A stretch of DNA of 64,000 nt. It comes from Chamaesiphon sp. (GTDB taxonomy: Bacteria > Cyanobacteriota > Cyanobacteriia > Cyanobacteriales > Chamaesiphonaceae). The translations under genes were made by a program, and so were the position numbers. The stretch is taken from contig CBDFFH010000052.1 in NCBI GenBank assembly GCA_965246715.1, positions 1-64,000 of the forward strand, in the 5' to 3' direction. Shown here one piece after another: positions 1-10,221 of this stretch; position 1 is the first letter of the stretch, and each line of letters opens with the position of its first letter. The notes beneath the pieces are model-generated. The model saw only the letters and a list, made by a program, of their open reading frames with translations. It searched no databases and was not told where the DNA came from.

Positions 1-579
1 GGTGTCTTAGGGATTCTTCCAGGCATCATCGGTGTGATTCAGGCAACCGAGACTGTCAAAATAGTTTTAGGTAAAGGGACTACCCTCAGTGGTCGCTTGG
101 TACTTTACAATGCCCTAGAGATGAAGTTCCGCGAGTTAAAACTCAGACCAAATCCCGTGCGTCCGGTTATCGAAAAACTCATCGATTACGAACAATTTTG
201 TGGAATTCCTCAAGCGCAAGCGGCTGAAGCCGAACAACAAAGTATGTTTGCTGAAATGACTGTCACCGAACTCAATCAACTAATCGATAGTGGTGCGAAG
301 GATTTTGTGCTGATCGATGTCCGCAATCCTAACGAATATGAGATTGCCAAAATTCCTGGCTCGGTCTTGATTCCGCTCCCCGATATCGAACAAGGTAAAG
401 GGATCGATCTAGTCAAAGCAGCTCTCAATGGTCATCGCTTAATCGCTCATTGTAAGATGGGCGGTCGATCGGCCAAAGCCTTAGCGATCCTCAAGGAAGC
501 TGGCATTGAGGGTACGAATGTCAAAGGTGGGATTCAGGCTTGGAGTCGAGAAATCGATTCTTCAGTACAAGAATACTAA
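1..579 (+). CDS. moeB: MoeB/MoeZ-type adenylyltransferase with C-terminal rhodanese domain (5' end outside window)
   Basis: Frame is open from base 1 (GVLGILPGIIGVIQATETVK); rhodanese motifs DVRNPNEY and HCKMGGRS. Confidence 0.88.
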   Translation, partial: GVLGILPGIIGVIQATETVKIVLGKGTTLSGRLVLYNALEMKFRELKLRPNPVRPVIEKLIDYEQFCGIPQAQAAEAEQQSMFAEMTVTELNQLIDSGAKDFVLIDVRNPNEYEIAKIPGSVLIPLPDIEQGKGIDLVKAALNGHRLIAHCKMGGRSAKALAILKEAGIEGTNVKGGIQAWSREIDSSVQEY

Positions 580-677
580 CAACAAAAAGATATTTGGGGT
601 AGTTGTTGTGGCTACCCCAAATTATTCAAATACTGTCCAATCGAATCCTAAATTTATAGCCGATCGAGATTTACTCT

Positions 678-1847
678 TCACACACAGGCTAATTTGGGCA
701 TGAGTCGATCGAGTATTTGCTTCAATGCCATTGCCGTCCAGTCAATATCGGCTACTGTGGTGCTCTTACCAAGCGTAATGCGAATTCCACCTACCGCCTC
801 GGATTGAGAGTATCCCATCGCCATTAAGATCGGGCTGGGAGTCAATTTTCCGCTACTACAAGCTGCCCCCGAACTAATGCCAATCCCAGCGAGATTGAGT
901 TGACGGACGATCGTTTTGCCAGTAATCGCTTCTGGCGAGTGAGAGTGGGGGATCTGTAGACAAAAGCTGAGATGGTGTGGGAGGCGATCGAGTCGATCGC
1001 CTGTGGGAATTAAGATATTACAGTCGGCAAAGATCGAAAATAAGCGATCGCGCAAACCGCTCAGTCGGACACTTTCGGTGGCTAATTCTTCACTGGCTAG
1101 TTCGGCGGCGATCCCGAAGCCAGCAATTTGGGGCACGGCTTGAGTCCCCGATCTCCAGCCCATTTCTTGTCCGCCGCCAGCTAGCAAAGGTACCAATTCT
1201 AATCCCGGACGGATGTATAATGCTCCCGTACCTTGAGGGCCATAAAGTTTGTGGCTGGAGATCGAGAGTAAGTCGATGCCTAATTTTTGGACATCGATCG
1301 CAATTTTACCGACTGCTTGAACGGCATCTGTATGGAAGGGAACTCGATGCTGTTGGCAAATTGTGGCTAATTCGGCGATCGGTTGAATCGTACCGACTTC
1401 ACTTTGAGCGTAAATTACCGATACCAGCACTGTATTCGGGCGGATCGCTGCGACTAGATCTCGGGGATCGATCCTCCCTTGTCGATCGACTGGCAATCTC
1501 GTCACGCTCCAGCCTCTGGTTTCTAACCAGTTTACTGGAGCGCTAATCGAAGAATGTTCGACGCTAGAAATAATTAAATGTTGGGGAGTGGTATATAAAT
1601 TTGCCACCCCCATAATTGCTTGATTATTTGCTTCAGTACCCCCAGATGTAAACGCGATCGCATCGGGGTTGGCATTGATTAATGCTCCTACTTGAAACCG
1701 AGCTTGTTCGATCGCAATCGAGGCCCGTTCGCCCCATTGATGGATACTAGAAGGATTGCCCCATCCCGCTCCCAGCACTTGTTGCATGGCGACGAGTGCT
1801 TCCGGACGAGTTGGTGTGGTGGCACCATGATCTAGATAAATTTGCAT
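678..1847 (-). CDS. Cysteine desulfurase, IscS/NifS-like (class V PLP enzyme)
   Basis: YLDHGATTP, GNPSSIH, FTSGGTEANN, HTDAVQ, SSHKLYGP, catalytic SGAACSS. Confidence 0.93.
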   Translation of the reverse strand: MQIYLDHGATTPTRPEALVAMQQVLGAGWGNPSSIHQWGERASIAIEQARFQVGALINANPDAIAFTSGGTEANNQAIMGVANLYTTPQHLIISSVEHSSISAPVNWLETRGWSVTRLPVDRQGRIDPRDLVAAIRPNTVLVSVIYAQSEVGTIQPIAELATICQQHRVPFHTDAVQAVGKIAIDVQKLGIDLLSISSHKLYGPQGTGALYIRPGLELVPLLAGGGQEMGWRSGTQAVPQIAGFGIAAELASEELATESVRLSGLRDRLFSIFADCNILIPTGDRLDRLPHHLSFCLQIPHSHSPEAITGKTIVRQLNLAGIGISSGAACSSGKLTPSPILMAMGYSQSEAVGGIRITLGKSTTVADIDWTAMALKQILDRLMPKLACV

Positions 1848-1959
1848 AAACTTAGACGAAAATTTGTTGCATTCGGGCGATCGTCCCCAAAGGGAAAGCG
1901 ATGTAAATCGGCTAGGACGATCGCGATCTCTAGATGTCGATTAAAAGTCACAACCTAAT

Positions 1960-2340
1960 CTAGCTACCAGGCTTACAGATATTATAATCTTCGTGAGATA
2001 GCACTTGTTTGGGTTGAAGAATGCCATCATTCTCAAAGCACAACATCCGATAATTGCGGGTAACGGGAATACTGATCACCAGTCGGTTGTGGCGCAGCCT
2101 CTTACCGCCAAACTCTCGATAGTTGCGGCGATCTTGTAAACCGTTGATGATATTTCTAGCTTTCAGCACGACGTGAGACGGCAAACTTTTGAGATCGATC
2201 GGATCGAAGGCAAAGCTTTCATGCCAACTCCGTTTCTTCTCCTGCTTCTCTTGAACGTCTACTTCTTCTTGCAGGCAACGATGGCAGATTTGCCCGTAAC
2301 CCTTATGACCGCATTGAAACATTTTTCTGCGTCTGCTCAT
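1960..2340 (-). CDS. Small cyanobacterial protein: Cys/His zinc-binding N-terminus plus RelE/ParE-like C-terminal domain
   Basis: CGHKGYGQICHRC, then GKRLRH..ISIPVTRNYRML..LSHEDYN. ATG 2340 preferred over GTG 2349. Confidence 0.6.
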   Translation of the reverse strand: MSRRRKMFQCGHKGYGQICHRCLQEEVDVQEKQEKKRSWHESFAFDPIDLKSLPSHVVLKARNIINGLQDRRNYREFGGKRLRHNRLVISIPVTRNYRMLCFENDGILQPKQVLSHEDYNICKPGS

Positions 2341-2380
2341 AAAATACACCTCGATGTCTAATGTAATTAATAAAAATGAT

Positions 2381-2552
2381 AAAAAAGCAGTTAAGACTTA
2401 GCTGCATGGAAAGTTAAACGATGAAGTTAATATGACCGATCGTTAGCGTTGTTGTCTGTGTGAAACAGACTGCGCCAACGCCGAGCGTTTGTTTTGTCCT
2501 GAGGCTCGCCTACTATGTAGAGTATGTAGAGCGCCAGGTAAAACAGCATCGT
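2381..2552 (-). ncRNA. Candidate structured leader/sRNA upstream of the RelE/ParE-like gene
   Basis: Two long hairpins on the minus strand, then a hairpin plus T6 before the ORF; no credible ORF in this stretch. Confidence 0.4.
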
Positions 2553-2806
2553 CTAGAAATTTGAGACAAACTTAACTAATCTTCAAGAAGCGTTTTCTAG
2601 GCTGCTAGTGCATCGACCCTCTAGATCGAGTTTGTAACAACTAGATTAACTTGTCAACTCTTGAAGTCACTTATCAGCAATACGTGGATTGGCTGACAAA
2701 AATGCAGGTATTAAATGATACTATGGTAACCACTGAAATCGATCGACTGAGACCAAAAATAGTTACTAGCGTGCATCTAGCTCTATTCTAATCTTTTCTT
2801 TAATTT

Positions 2807-4228
2807 GTGTTGCCATCAAAATATCGACGATCGAGCCGTAGATCGCATTACTATCTGCGATCTAGTTTAGCTCTTGGAAGCGTCACTATTGCCATTTTGC
2901 TGGGATATTGGTTGTGGAGCAGCGTTCAGCCGGGAACTCTGGCGCAGCTAGCCCCATTACCGCAAGATGAGTCGATCCAAGTTTATTTCAATCATAATCA
3001 AGCTACGGAGTTTAGCGAACCATATCGACATAAAACTAGACGGGGCGATGATTTAGCAGCTAAATTAATTAGCGCGATCGATGCGGCACAATCGCAAATA
3101 GATGTAGCGGTACAAGAATTCCAGTTACCGAATATCGCGCTTGCTTTAGTGGCTAAATCCCAATCTGGCGTGAAGGTACGGGTAATTTTAGAAAATAATT
3201 ATAGCCGTCCGTTGAGCGGATTGACGGCAGCCGAAGTCGAGCAGCTCCCCGCCAGAGCCAAAGAACATTATCAAGAATTTCAGCAGCTGGTAGATCTCGA
3301 TCGAGATGGTACGCTGTCTCAGGCAGAGATTAACCAACGCGATGCCTTAGTAATCTTGCGCAATGCCGGGATTGCCGTCATCGACGACACTGCCGATGGC
3401 TCCAAGGGGAGTGGCTTGATGCACCACAAATTTATGGTAGTAGATGGCAAACAAACACTCGTCACTTCAGCCAATTGGACGATGAGTGATATTTATGGAG
3501 ACATCAGCCATCCTGACAGCGAGGGCAATCAAAATAATCTCGTCCAGATTCAAAGTGCAGAATTAGCGCAAGCCTTTGCAACCGAATTTAACTTGATGTG
3601 GGGAAATGGCATCACAAACAACCCTAGCAGTCAATTTAAAGCCCGAAAACCCGCGCGGCCACCTGTAGAGATATTAGTGGGCAAAACGCGGGTAGCAGTG
3701 CAATTTTCGCCGACTTCCAAACAACAGGCATGGGTGGATAGTAATAATGGTTCGATCGGTAAATTACTCAGTAGCAGTCACGAACGGGTAGATTTAGCAT
3801 TATTTGTATTTTCCGAACCAACTTTGGCAACGATCCTACAAACGCAATACCAGCAGGGAGTTAAGATCAGGGGATCGATCGATCGAGAGTTTGCATATCG
3901 TACTTACAGTTCGGCGCTAACATTGATGGGAGTGGATAATAATTTTTGTCAGGTGTCCCAAAGCTCCAGTCAGGCACTAGCTACACTCGGGGTGCCAACT
4001 TTACCTACTGGAGATTTATTGCATCATAAATTTGCGGTCATCGATGGGCAGACGGTAATTACTGGTTCGCATAATTGGTCGAATGCTGCGAATTATCATA
4101 ATGATGAGACACTGTTGATGATTCAGGGTAATGTGACTGTCGCGGCGCATTTCGATCGAGAATTTGAGCGGTTATACCAACATACTGTTGTAGGAATTCC
4201 GGCGCGGTTACAACGTAAAGGGTGTTGA
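2807..4228 (+). CDS. Phospholipase D-family nuclease, similar to cyanobacterial competence protein ComA but lacking the C-terminal HhH domain
   Basis: N-terminal TM segment; two HKD motifs (MHHKFMVVD, LHHKFAVID); TGSHNW; EF-hand-like DLDRDGTLS. Confidence 0.8.
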   Translation: MLPSKYRRSSRRSHYYLRSSLALGSVTIAILLGYWLWSSVQPGTLAQLAPLPQDESIQVYFNHNQATEFSEPYRHKTRRGDDLAAKLISAIDAAQSQIDVAVQEFQLPNIALALVAKSQSGVKVRVILENNYSRPLSGLTAAEVEQLPARAKEHYQEFQQLVDLDRDGTLSQAEINQRDALVILRNAGIAVIDDTADGSKGSGLMHHKFMVVDGKQTLVTSANWTMSDIYGDISHPDSEGNQNNLVQIQSAELAQAFATEFNLMWGNGITNNPSSQFKARKPARPPVEILVGKTRVAVQFSPTSKQQAWVDSNNGSIGKLLSSSHERVDLALFVFSEPTLATILQTQYQQGVKIRGSIDREFAYRTYSSALTLMGVDNNFCQVSQSSSQALATLGVPTLPTGDLLHHKFAVIDGQTVITGSHNWSNAANYHNDETLLMIQGNVTVAAHFDREFERLYQHTVVGIPARLQRKGC

Positions 4229-4454
4229 AATAGCACCAAATCCCTTCCCAAGGGGAATTAATTAGTGGGTGGGGACAATAGAGTCTCTAACACCCCAGAC
4301 GATCGAGAAATGTTATAACCATTAGTGCGATCGATTTAACCAGCCAGCAACCTGCATCCATTTTTGCTGGAGATAATTGTAATCTCTAGAAATGGTGGAT
4401 TTTGTTCGGTAATTGCTCGATTTCCACTCTAAACCGCCCATACCAGATCTGAAG

Positions 4455-6308
4455 ATGACTAAGGCTACCAAATCTCGCGATCCGCGTCCCGAGCGACTAG
4501 ATCGCGGCAATACCGAATCGTCAGTGCTTCCAGATAATGATTGGCGACTATTGTTGCGATTAGTCCCTTATGCTCGGCGCAGTGGTAAATTATTTCTGTT
4601 GTCATTTGGGTTGTTGATTCCGTTAGCGATCGCTAATGCAGTACAACCACTGATTATCGGGCAGGCAATTTCTAAAATTAGGAATGAAAAAACCTGGGAT
4701 TTTGTGAGTAAATTGTCCATGTTAGATGGATTGAATTTGCTGACATTACTCCTGATGGGGACGGTAGTAGTTAGGCTAGTCTTGTCAGCAGTTCAGGGTT
4801 TTACCGTTCAACGAATCGGACAGCAGATTACCGCAGATATCCGGAACGATTTATTCGATCGCGTCACATCTTTGGCGGTGAGATTTTTCGATCGTACGCC
4901 GGTGGGTAAATTGATTACCCGCTTGACTAATGATGTCGAAGCGTTGGGTGATGTTTTTACGACTGGGGCGATCGGGATTATCAGCGATCTATTTTCGATC
5001 CTGGTGATGCTCTATTATATGTTTATGCTTCAGTGGCAGATTGCCTTGATATTGTTATTGATGATGGTACCAGTTACCGCATTAGTAATTTATTTTCAGC
5101 ATGAATATCGTAAAGCTAATTACCGAGCGAGAGAAGAATTATCCCTACTCAACTCGATGGTGCAGGAAAATGTCACGGGGATAAATGTCGTTCAGCTATT
5201 TCGGCGCGAGAAATATAATGCCGAACTATTTCGGACGATTCTCAATCGTTATATTCGTGAAATAGATAAAACAAATTTTCATGACTCGGCAGTATCCGCT
5301 ACTTTAGAATGGATTTCGCTAGTGGCGATCGCTGCCGTACTCTGGTGGGGTGGCTTGATGGTATTAGGTAAGACATTAGATTTTGGTACCCTCTCGGCTT
5401 TCATATTGTACGCGCAGCGACTGTTTGAACCATTGCGGCAATTTGCTGAGAAATTCACAGCGATTCAAGCGGGATTTACTGCCGTCGAACGGATTAGTGA
5501 TATTCTCAACGAACCGATCGAAATTAAGGATGTCGATGATGCAGATCGATTGTATCTAACACATTTCGATCGCGCGGCGCAGGGTGAAATTCAATTCGAG
5601 CATGTCTGGTTTGCGTATAAAGATGATGATTATGTCATTCGCGATTTAGACTTTACGATAAAACCGGGTGAGAAAGTTGCTTTGGTCGGGCCGACAGGTG
5701 CTGGGAAAAGTTCGATTATTCGGCTGCTTTGCCGTCTGTATGAGCCGACAAAGGGGCGAATTTTAGTCGATGGAGTGGATATCAAGACGATCGCCCAAGC
5801 CGAGCTACGCCGTTATTTAGGGGTGATTTTGCAAGATGGCTTCTTATTTGCTGGTGATGTAAAATCTAATATTACCCTCGGCGAAGACTACTCCGAGGCG
5901 GAAATTTTACAGGCGGCTCGATCGATGAATGTCGATCGATTTATCAATGAGCTTCCGCAAGGTTATGATACTCAACTACGCGAACGCGGTTCTAATTTAT
6001 CTGCCGGACAAAAACAATTAATTGCATTCGCCCGATCGGCAATTCGTAATCCGCGCGTGTTAGTTTTAGATGAAGCTACAGCAAGTTTGGATGTGGGAAC
6101 TGAAGCCTTAGTTCAAGAGGCACTCGATCGATCGATCGTCGATCGCACGGCAATTATTATCGCGCACCGGTTATCAACAATTCGGAATGTCGATCGAATT
6201 TTTGTGCTCAAGCAAGGTAGTTTGGTTGAATCTGGCAGTCATGAAGAATTACTGCAACAAGGTGGTTTGTATGCAAGTCTTTATCAGTTACAAATGCTCG
6301 GAACTTAG
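4455..6308 (+). CDS. ABC exporter, fused permease/ATPase (MsbA/MdlB-like)
   Basis: TM domain; Walker A GPTGAGKS, signature LSAGQKQ, Walker B VLVLDEAT, IAHRLS. ATG 4455 is in frame with the listed ORF. Confidence 0.93.
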   Translation: MTKATKSRDPRPERLDRGNTESSVLPDNDWRLLLRLVPYARRSGKLFLLSFGLLIPLAIANAVQPLIIGQAISKIRNEKTWDFVSKLSMLDGLNLLTLLLMGTVVVRLVLSAVQGFTVQRIGQQITADIRNDLFDRVTSLAVRFFDRTPVGKLITRLTNDVEALGDVFTTGAIGIISDLFSILVMLYYMFMLQWQIALILLLMMVPVTALVIYFQHEYRKANYRAREELSLLNSMVQENVTGINVVQLFRREKYNAELFRTILNRYIREIDKTNFHDSAVSATLEWISLVAIAAVLWWGGLMVLGKTLDFGTLSAFILYAQRLFEPLRQFAEKFTAIQAGFTAVERISDILNEPIEIKDVDDADRLYLTHFDRAAQGEIQFEHVWFAYKDDDYVIRDLDFTIKPGEKVALVGPTGAGKSSIIRLLCRLYEPTKGRILVDGVDIKTIAQAELRRYLGVILQDGFLFAGDVKSNITLGEDYSEAEILQAARSMNVDRFINELPQGYDTQLRERGSNLSAGQKQLIAFARSAIRNPRVLVLDEATASLDVGTEALVQEALDRSIVDRTAIIIAHRLSTIRNVDRIFVLKQGSLVESGSHEELLQQGGLYASLYQLQMLGT

Positions 6309-6425
6309 TCGATTGCGAAAAAATATTTAGAATCGAGTTATTTAGCAAGCTTCTTTAATATCTTTTCTGCTTCGCGAACTAGCTGTTGTTTCATTTGATA
6401 GTTCAGAAGTGTTGAATGTTAAAGC

Positions 6426-6509
6426 GCACACCTCATAGAAATGGGTACACCATTCCTATGAAAGGCTATTATAATCAGGTTCTAGCTTTAGCAATATTTC
6501 GAGATGTGC
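6426..6509. repeat. Short MITE-like intergenic element
   Basis: Imperfect terminal inverted repeat GCACACCTC/GAGATGTGC and internal hairpin TCATAGAAATGG..CCATTCCTATGA. Confidence 0.3.
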
Positions 6510-6565
6510 CTGTGCTGAGTCAAATTTCTGCTGCTGGCTTGCGATCGTGAGTACAACAGGACAGA

Positions 6566-7267
6566 TTAGTTACTAATTAATTTGATTCGCGTCCAATGTC
6601 CGAGAGTAATTTCATCTCCAGCTCGAATCTGAATATCGGCCATTACTGCAATTTCTTTGCCATTTACCATCGTGCCATTGGAGGAGCCAATATCCCGCAG
6701 GATGAGGGAATTATCGGGATGTAAGGTCAGGATCGCATGACGCGAGGAGACAGCATCATCCAAATCTAGCGGAATTTCTGGATGAATTGCCCGTGCTTGA
6801 CTCGTGCGTCCGATGAGATTGGTAGGAGCGGTTAATTCAATCGTTATTGGCTGCTGGACTGGAGCTGGTGGGCTATCGGGGCTGGCTAAACTCGGCTCGA
6901 TCGAAATTACCACTTGCCAGCGGGTGGTAGCGTTCCCACTCGCAATCGGGGTAGGAGCAGGGACAGAATCTGGTAGCTGAGTTTGGGGTAAGGGGCGAGC
7001 GTTGATGATGGGCGGGGAACTTGGAAAGGGAACGCCACCTTGAGAGCCAGTTGAGAAGTTGTAGCCGCAAATCTCGCAAAAGTCTCCCGTGCCTTCCTCG
7101 TGAGGTGTGGTACAGACAGGACAAGGGCAAATCGCTGTAGCAGTTGGAGCGGATGGGTGATGGTTGCTTGCTGGTATTTCGGCGATCCCCAGACCCATAA
7201 TTTTTGCCCCACATTCAGAGCAAAAATCAGCTTCAGTTGAATTATGACCTTTAGGGCAAGAGTACAT
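6566..7267 (-). CDS. FHA domain protein with N-terminal zinc ribbons
   Basis: CPKGH..FCSECG and CPVC..FCEICG; FHA motifs IGR, VSSRHA, DIGSSNGT. Confidence 0.88.
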   Translation of the reverse strand: MYSCPKGHNSTEADFCSECGAKIMGLGIAEIPASNHHPSAPTATAICPCPVCTTPHEEGTGDFCEICGYNFSTGSQGGVPFPSSPPIINARPLPQTQLPDSVPAPTPIASGNATTRWQVVISIEPSLASPDSPPAPVQQPITIELTAPTNLIGRTSQARAIHPEIPLDLDDAVSSRHAILTLHPDNSLILRDIGSSNGTMVNGKEIAVMADIQIRAGDEITLGHWTRIKLISN

Positions 7268-7340
7268 CTAGGAATTATGAATTATAAATTATAAATGTTT
7301 CGGATTTTGCTGTACAGGATCGGTCGGATCTAAACACGAT

Positions 7341-7787
7341 TTATTCGATAAATCCGTTCGTGACAGGATCGAAAACGATCGCGCCAGGAAGTTTTTCTAG
7401 CGAGTCTAAAATATGTACGTAATAGTTGAACCGATCCATACTCGGATCGGGATCGCAACCGATTTCGATCCGAAAATCATAGGTAGCTAAGATTGGTTTG
7501 CGGGGGTCGTCTGGTTCCATGTGCGCGGCGGCGATTTCCTGTGCCTCTACTAAGACCGTAGGATCGCTATTGGTGCAAACACACATTTGCCAATCCTCAT
7601 TTGTCTTACCTTCCCCTGGAGAAATAGAGATGTTCAGTCGATTGGGTGCGGTTGTCTCAATCTGCGTGCTAGCTTCAACTCGATCGAATACCTGCTGAAG
7701 TCGGTCTCTGACTAGCTCGATCGATGGAGCTGTTTGTGCTGGTAGCATGATAAATGCTTGATAACCTTCTAACATTTTTTCATTCAC
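7341..7787 (-). CDS. Hypothetical protein inside the PP2C-vWA-FHA cluster
   Basis: 148-aa ATG ORF, co-oriented and tightly spaced with its neighbours. Confidence 0.7.
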   Translation of the reverse strand: MNEKMLEGYQAFIMLPAQTAPSIELVRDRLQQVFDRVEASTQIETTAPNRLNISISPGEGKTNEDWQMCVCTNSDPTVLVEAQEIAAAHMEPDDPRKPILATYDFRIEIGCDPDPSMDRFNYYVHILDSLEKLPGAIVFDPVTNGFIE

Positions 7788-7849
7788 TTAAATCGGCTAT
7801 TTCTAGCATAAACTGCAACTGAGAGGATAGCAGTTAATAATTCATAATT

Positions 7850-9118
7850 TTACTTATGAATTCTGGCAGTTTTAGTCGATCGAGTTTCTAGCATCATTTC
7901 ATCTTCTTTGGCAACTGCACGTTTGATTCTGACGGTACCTGCGGCAGCATCTTCGACATCGACGACAGTACGGAGCAGCTTGGCAGTGGCTTCGTTACCC
8001 GAGTCGTGAGCGAGTTTGACGGCTTTACCGAGCTTGACAGTAGCGACTTCAATATTACCCTGCGCTCTGGCTTCTAAGCCTTCTTGAATCGATTGGGCGA
8101 GTTCGGCTTGTCCGGTGTAGTGAGCGACACGTCGATCGATCTTTGCCGTTTTGGCATCATCTTCCGTCCAGGTGGCGAGGATTTTAGCTTCGGTAATCTT
8201 GGTTTCTTGGCCGTTGGTTGAGGTAATCAAACTCGCTCTACCTGCGAGCATTTCATCGCCGATATTCCCCGCATTAATTTGGATACAGAAATGATAATCG
8301 CGAGATTCATGATTGCTCCAAGACCCTGTAGGATAGTCTACCATTCGATCGTTGACTGCTTTGGCGCGCGCTGTCACATCGACGATTTCCGGACTGACTT
8401 GTTTGCAAAATAATACTTTGGCACCAGCTGGAGTCCATAACCGCAAGCTGACATCGCTGACAGTTTTGCCCATTGCTTGGGTGAGAATTTCCTGGAAGTC
8501 CGCCGCAATGCGATCGGGTGAAGGGATAATATCAGTCGTGCCCAATAATCTACTGGCGATTTTCTGGAGTTGGGATACTTGCCAATCCGTCCCGACACCA
8601 CGACATTCACACTGAAATTTACCCTCAGCTGCATCTAAACTTCTGGCTAAATCCTGCTCGTCGGAGGGATCGTTTTGGCCGTCGGTAAGTAATAATGCTT
8701 GACAAATTGCTTGGGGCATTTTGTTAAATTCACCTAAAGCAGTATTCAGCCAGCTGGACATTAACGTCCCGCCATTGGCACTAATTTCTTTAACTTGAGC
8801 GACAGCCCGAAGTTTATTTTCTGGGACAGCATTAACTAGGGGGACGAGTAATTTTGCCCGACTCGATCCGGTGACAATGAAAAATGCCGCATCGGTAGGG
8901 AGCAGATTAATTATCTGGACGATCGCTTCTTTGGCTGCCAGCATCTTGGCACCGCCCATCGAACCGGAAGTATCGCAAATAATCCCAAATAAACGTTGAC
9001 TCTTAGGTGCTGTCTGCATCGTGCCATCAGCGCCACTAGTCGAGATCGTCATGATGGCATTTACTTCTCTGGCACCTTGTGGTAAGTAAGGATTTTGAAA
9101 TACTTCAGCAGTAAACAT
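7850..9118 (-). CDS. von Willebrand factor A (vWA) domain protein
   Basis: MIDAS motif DTSGSM, GGT, LLTDGQN. Confidence 0.9.
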   Translation of the reverse strand: MFTAEVFQNPYLPQGAREVNAIMTISTSGADGTMQTAPKSQRLFGIICDTSGSMGGAKMLAAKEAIVQIINLLPTDAAFFIVTGSSRAKLLVPLVNAVPENKLRAVAQVKEISANGGTLMSSWLNTALGEFNKMPQAICQALLLTDGQNDPSDEQDLARSLDAAEGKFQCECRGVGTDWQVSQLQKIASRLLGTTDIIPSPDRIAADFQEILTQAMGKTVSDVSLRLWTPAGAKVLFCKQVSPEIVDVTARAKAVNDRMVDYPTGSWSNHESRDYHFCIQINAGNIGDEMLAGRASLITSTNGQETKITEAKILATWTEDDAKTAKIDRRVAHYTGQAELAQSIQEGLEARAQGNIEVATVKLGKAVKLAHDSGNEATAKLLRTVVDVEDAAAGTVRIKRAVAKEDEMMLETRSTKTARIHK

Positions 9119-9231
9119 GTAAAAAATTATGAGTTGTGAATGATAAATATAAATCGCTTGTTACTCTTTAGCTTCAACGATCGATCTAGCGATTACTTCA
9201 GGATTGGGTCTGGAAGCGATCGATTATGCAA

Positions 9232-10221
9232 CTAGTCACTAATTACTAAAATCCCTACCGTAATATTATCTTGCCCACCCTGTTGATTGGAATATCGCAT
9301 CAGATAACGCGAGATCGCCAGTGGGTTGGGATCGGCAGCTTGCTGAATCAGTTGCAAAAGATCGGTGGGCGTTGGGGCGTAATTCCATAAGCCATCGGTA
9401 CATAACAGTAGATAACCCGCACCTGGAATCGCAAAGGTGGTCAGGTTGGGAGGGGTATCGTCGATCGCATCGGCACCGAGCCAGCGGGTTATGGCATGAG
9501 CGTGAGGAGATGTTTCAGCTTCGGTGGGGGTAATTTCACCTGCGGCGATCGCTTCGCGCAGCCAGGAGTCATCTTCAGTCAGTTGGCGAGATTTATCGGT
9601 AGCGATCCAGTAGGCGCGGCTATCGCCTACCCAACCGAGCGTGGCAATATTATCGCGGACGAGGGCAGTCACGATCGTCGTGGAAGATGGGTCTTCGGGC
9701 AAAGTAGGATCGAAGGGAACTTTGGCCACAGCAGCGAGTGCGGTGGCTATTCCTTGGTAAATTGCCTTCGTGGGATTGGGATCCTGTCCGAGCGCGCGCT
9801 CGATCGCCGCCGCACAGGCAGTTACCGCAGCTTGGGATGCAAGCTCGGGATGTTGAGAGCTAGAGACACCATCACAGACGACGATAATTGCCGTCTGCTC
9901 ATCGATAATTTTCAAGGCGATCGCATCTTCATTTTGCAGGTGCCGATTACCGCGATCGCTTACTCCGGCAAGATTTAGCGTGGGCTGAAGTTCGAGGGGG
10001 TCGTGGGAAAGTGTTGGTTGACGACTGCCACATTCGAGGCAATAGCGATCGGCATCGATGCGATCGGGCGGAGCGCCACATTTGTAGCAATTAGCGCTGA
10101 GTTTTGGAGGAGCTAACTTAGTAACGAGACTTGCGCCGCATTCTTCACAAAAGCGATCGCTGACCGTCACTACCCCACCACATCGATCGCAGTTCATAGG
10201 CTTAAGTTCTAGATCTGGCAC
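9232..10221 (-). CDS. PP2C-family Ser/Thr phosphatase with N-terminal double zinc ribbon
   Basis: CDRC..FCEECG and CYKC..YCLECG; NED, VCDGVSS, VGDSRAY, LCTDGLW, GGQDNIT. Confidence 0.92.
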   Translation of the reverse strand: MPDLELKPMNCDRCGGVVTVSDRFCEECGASLVTKLAPPKLSANCYKCGAPPDRIDADRYCLECGSRQPTLSHDPLELQPTLNLAGVSDRGNRHLQNEDAIALKIIDEQTAIIVVCDGVSSSQHPELASQAAVTACAAAIERALGQDPNPTKAIYQGIATALAAVAKVPFDPTLPEDPSSTTIVTALVRDNIATLGWVGDSRAYWIATDKSRQLTEDDSWLREAIAAGEITPTEAETSPHAHAITRWLGADAIDDTPPNLTTFAIPGAGYLLLCTDGLWNYAPTPTDLLQLIQQAADPNPLAISRYLMRYSNQQGGQDNITVGILVISD

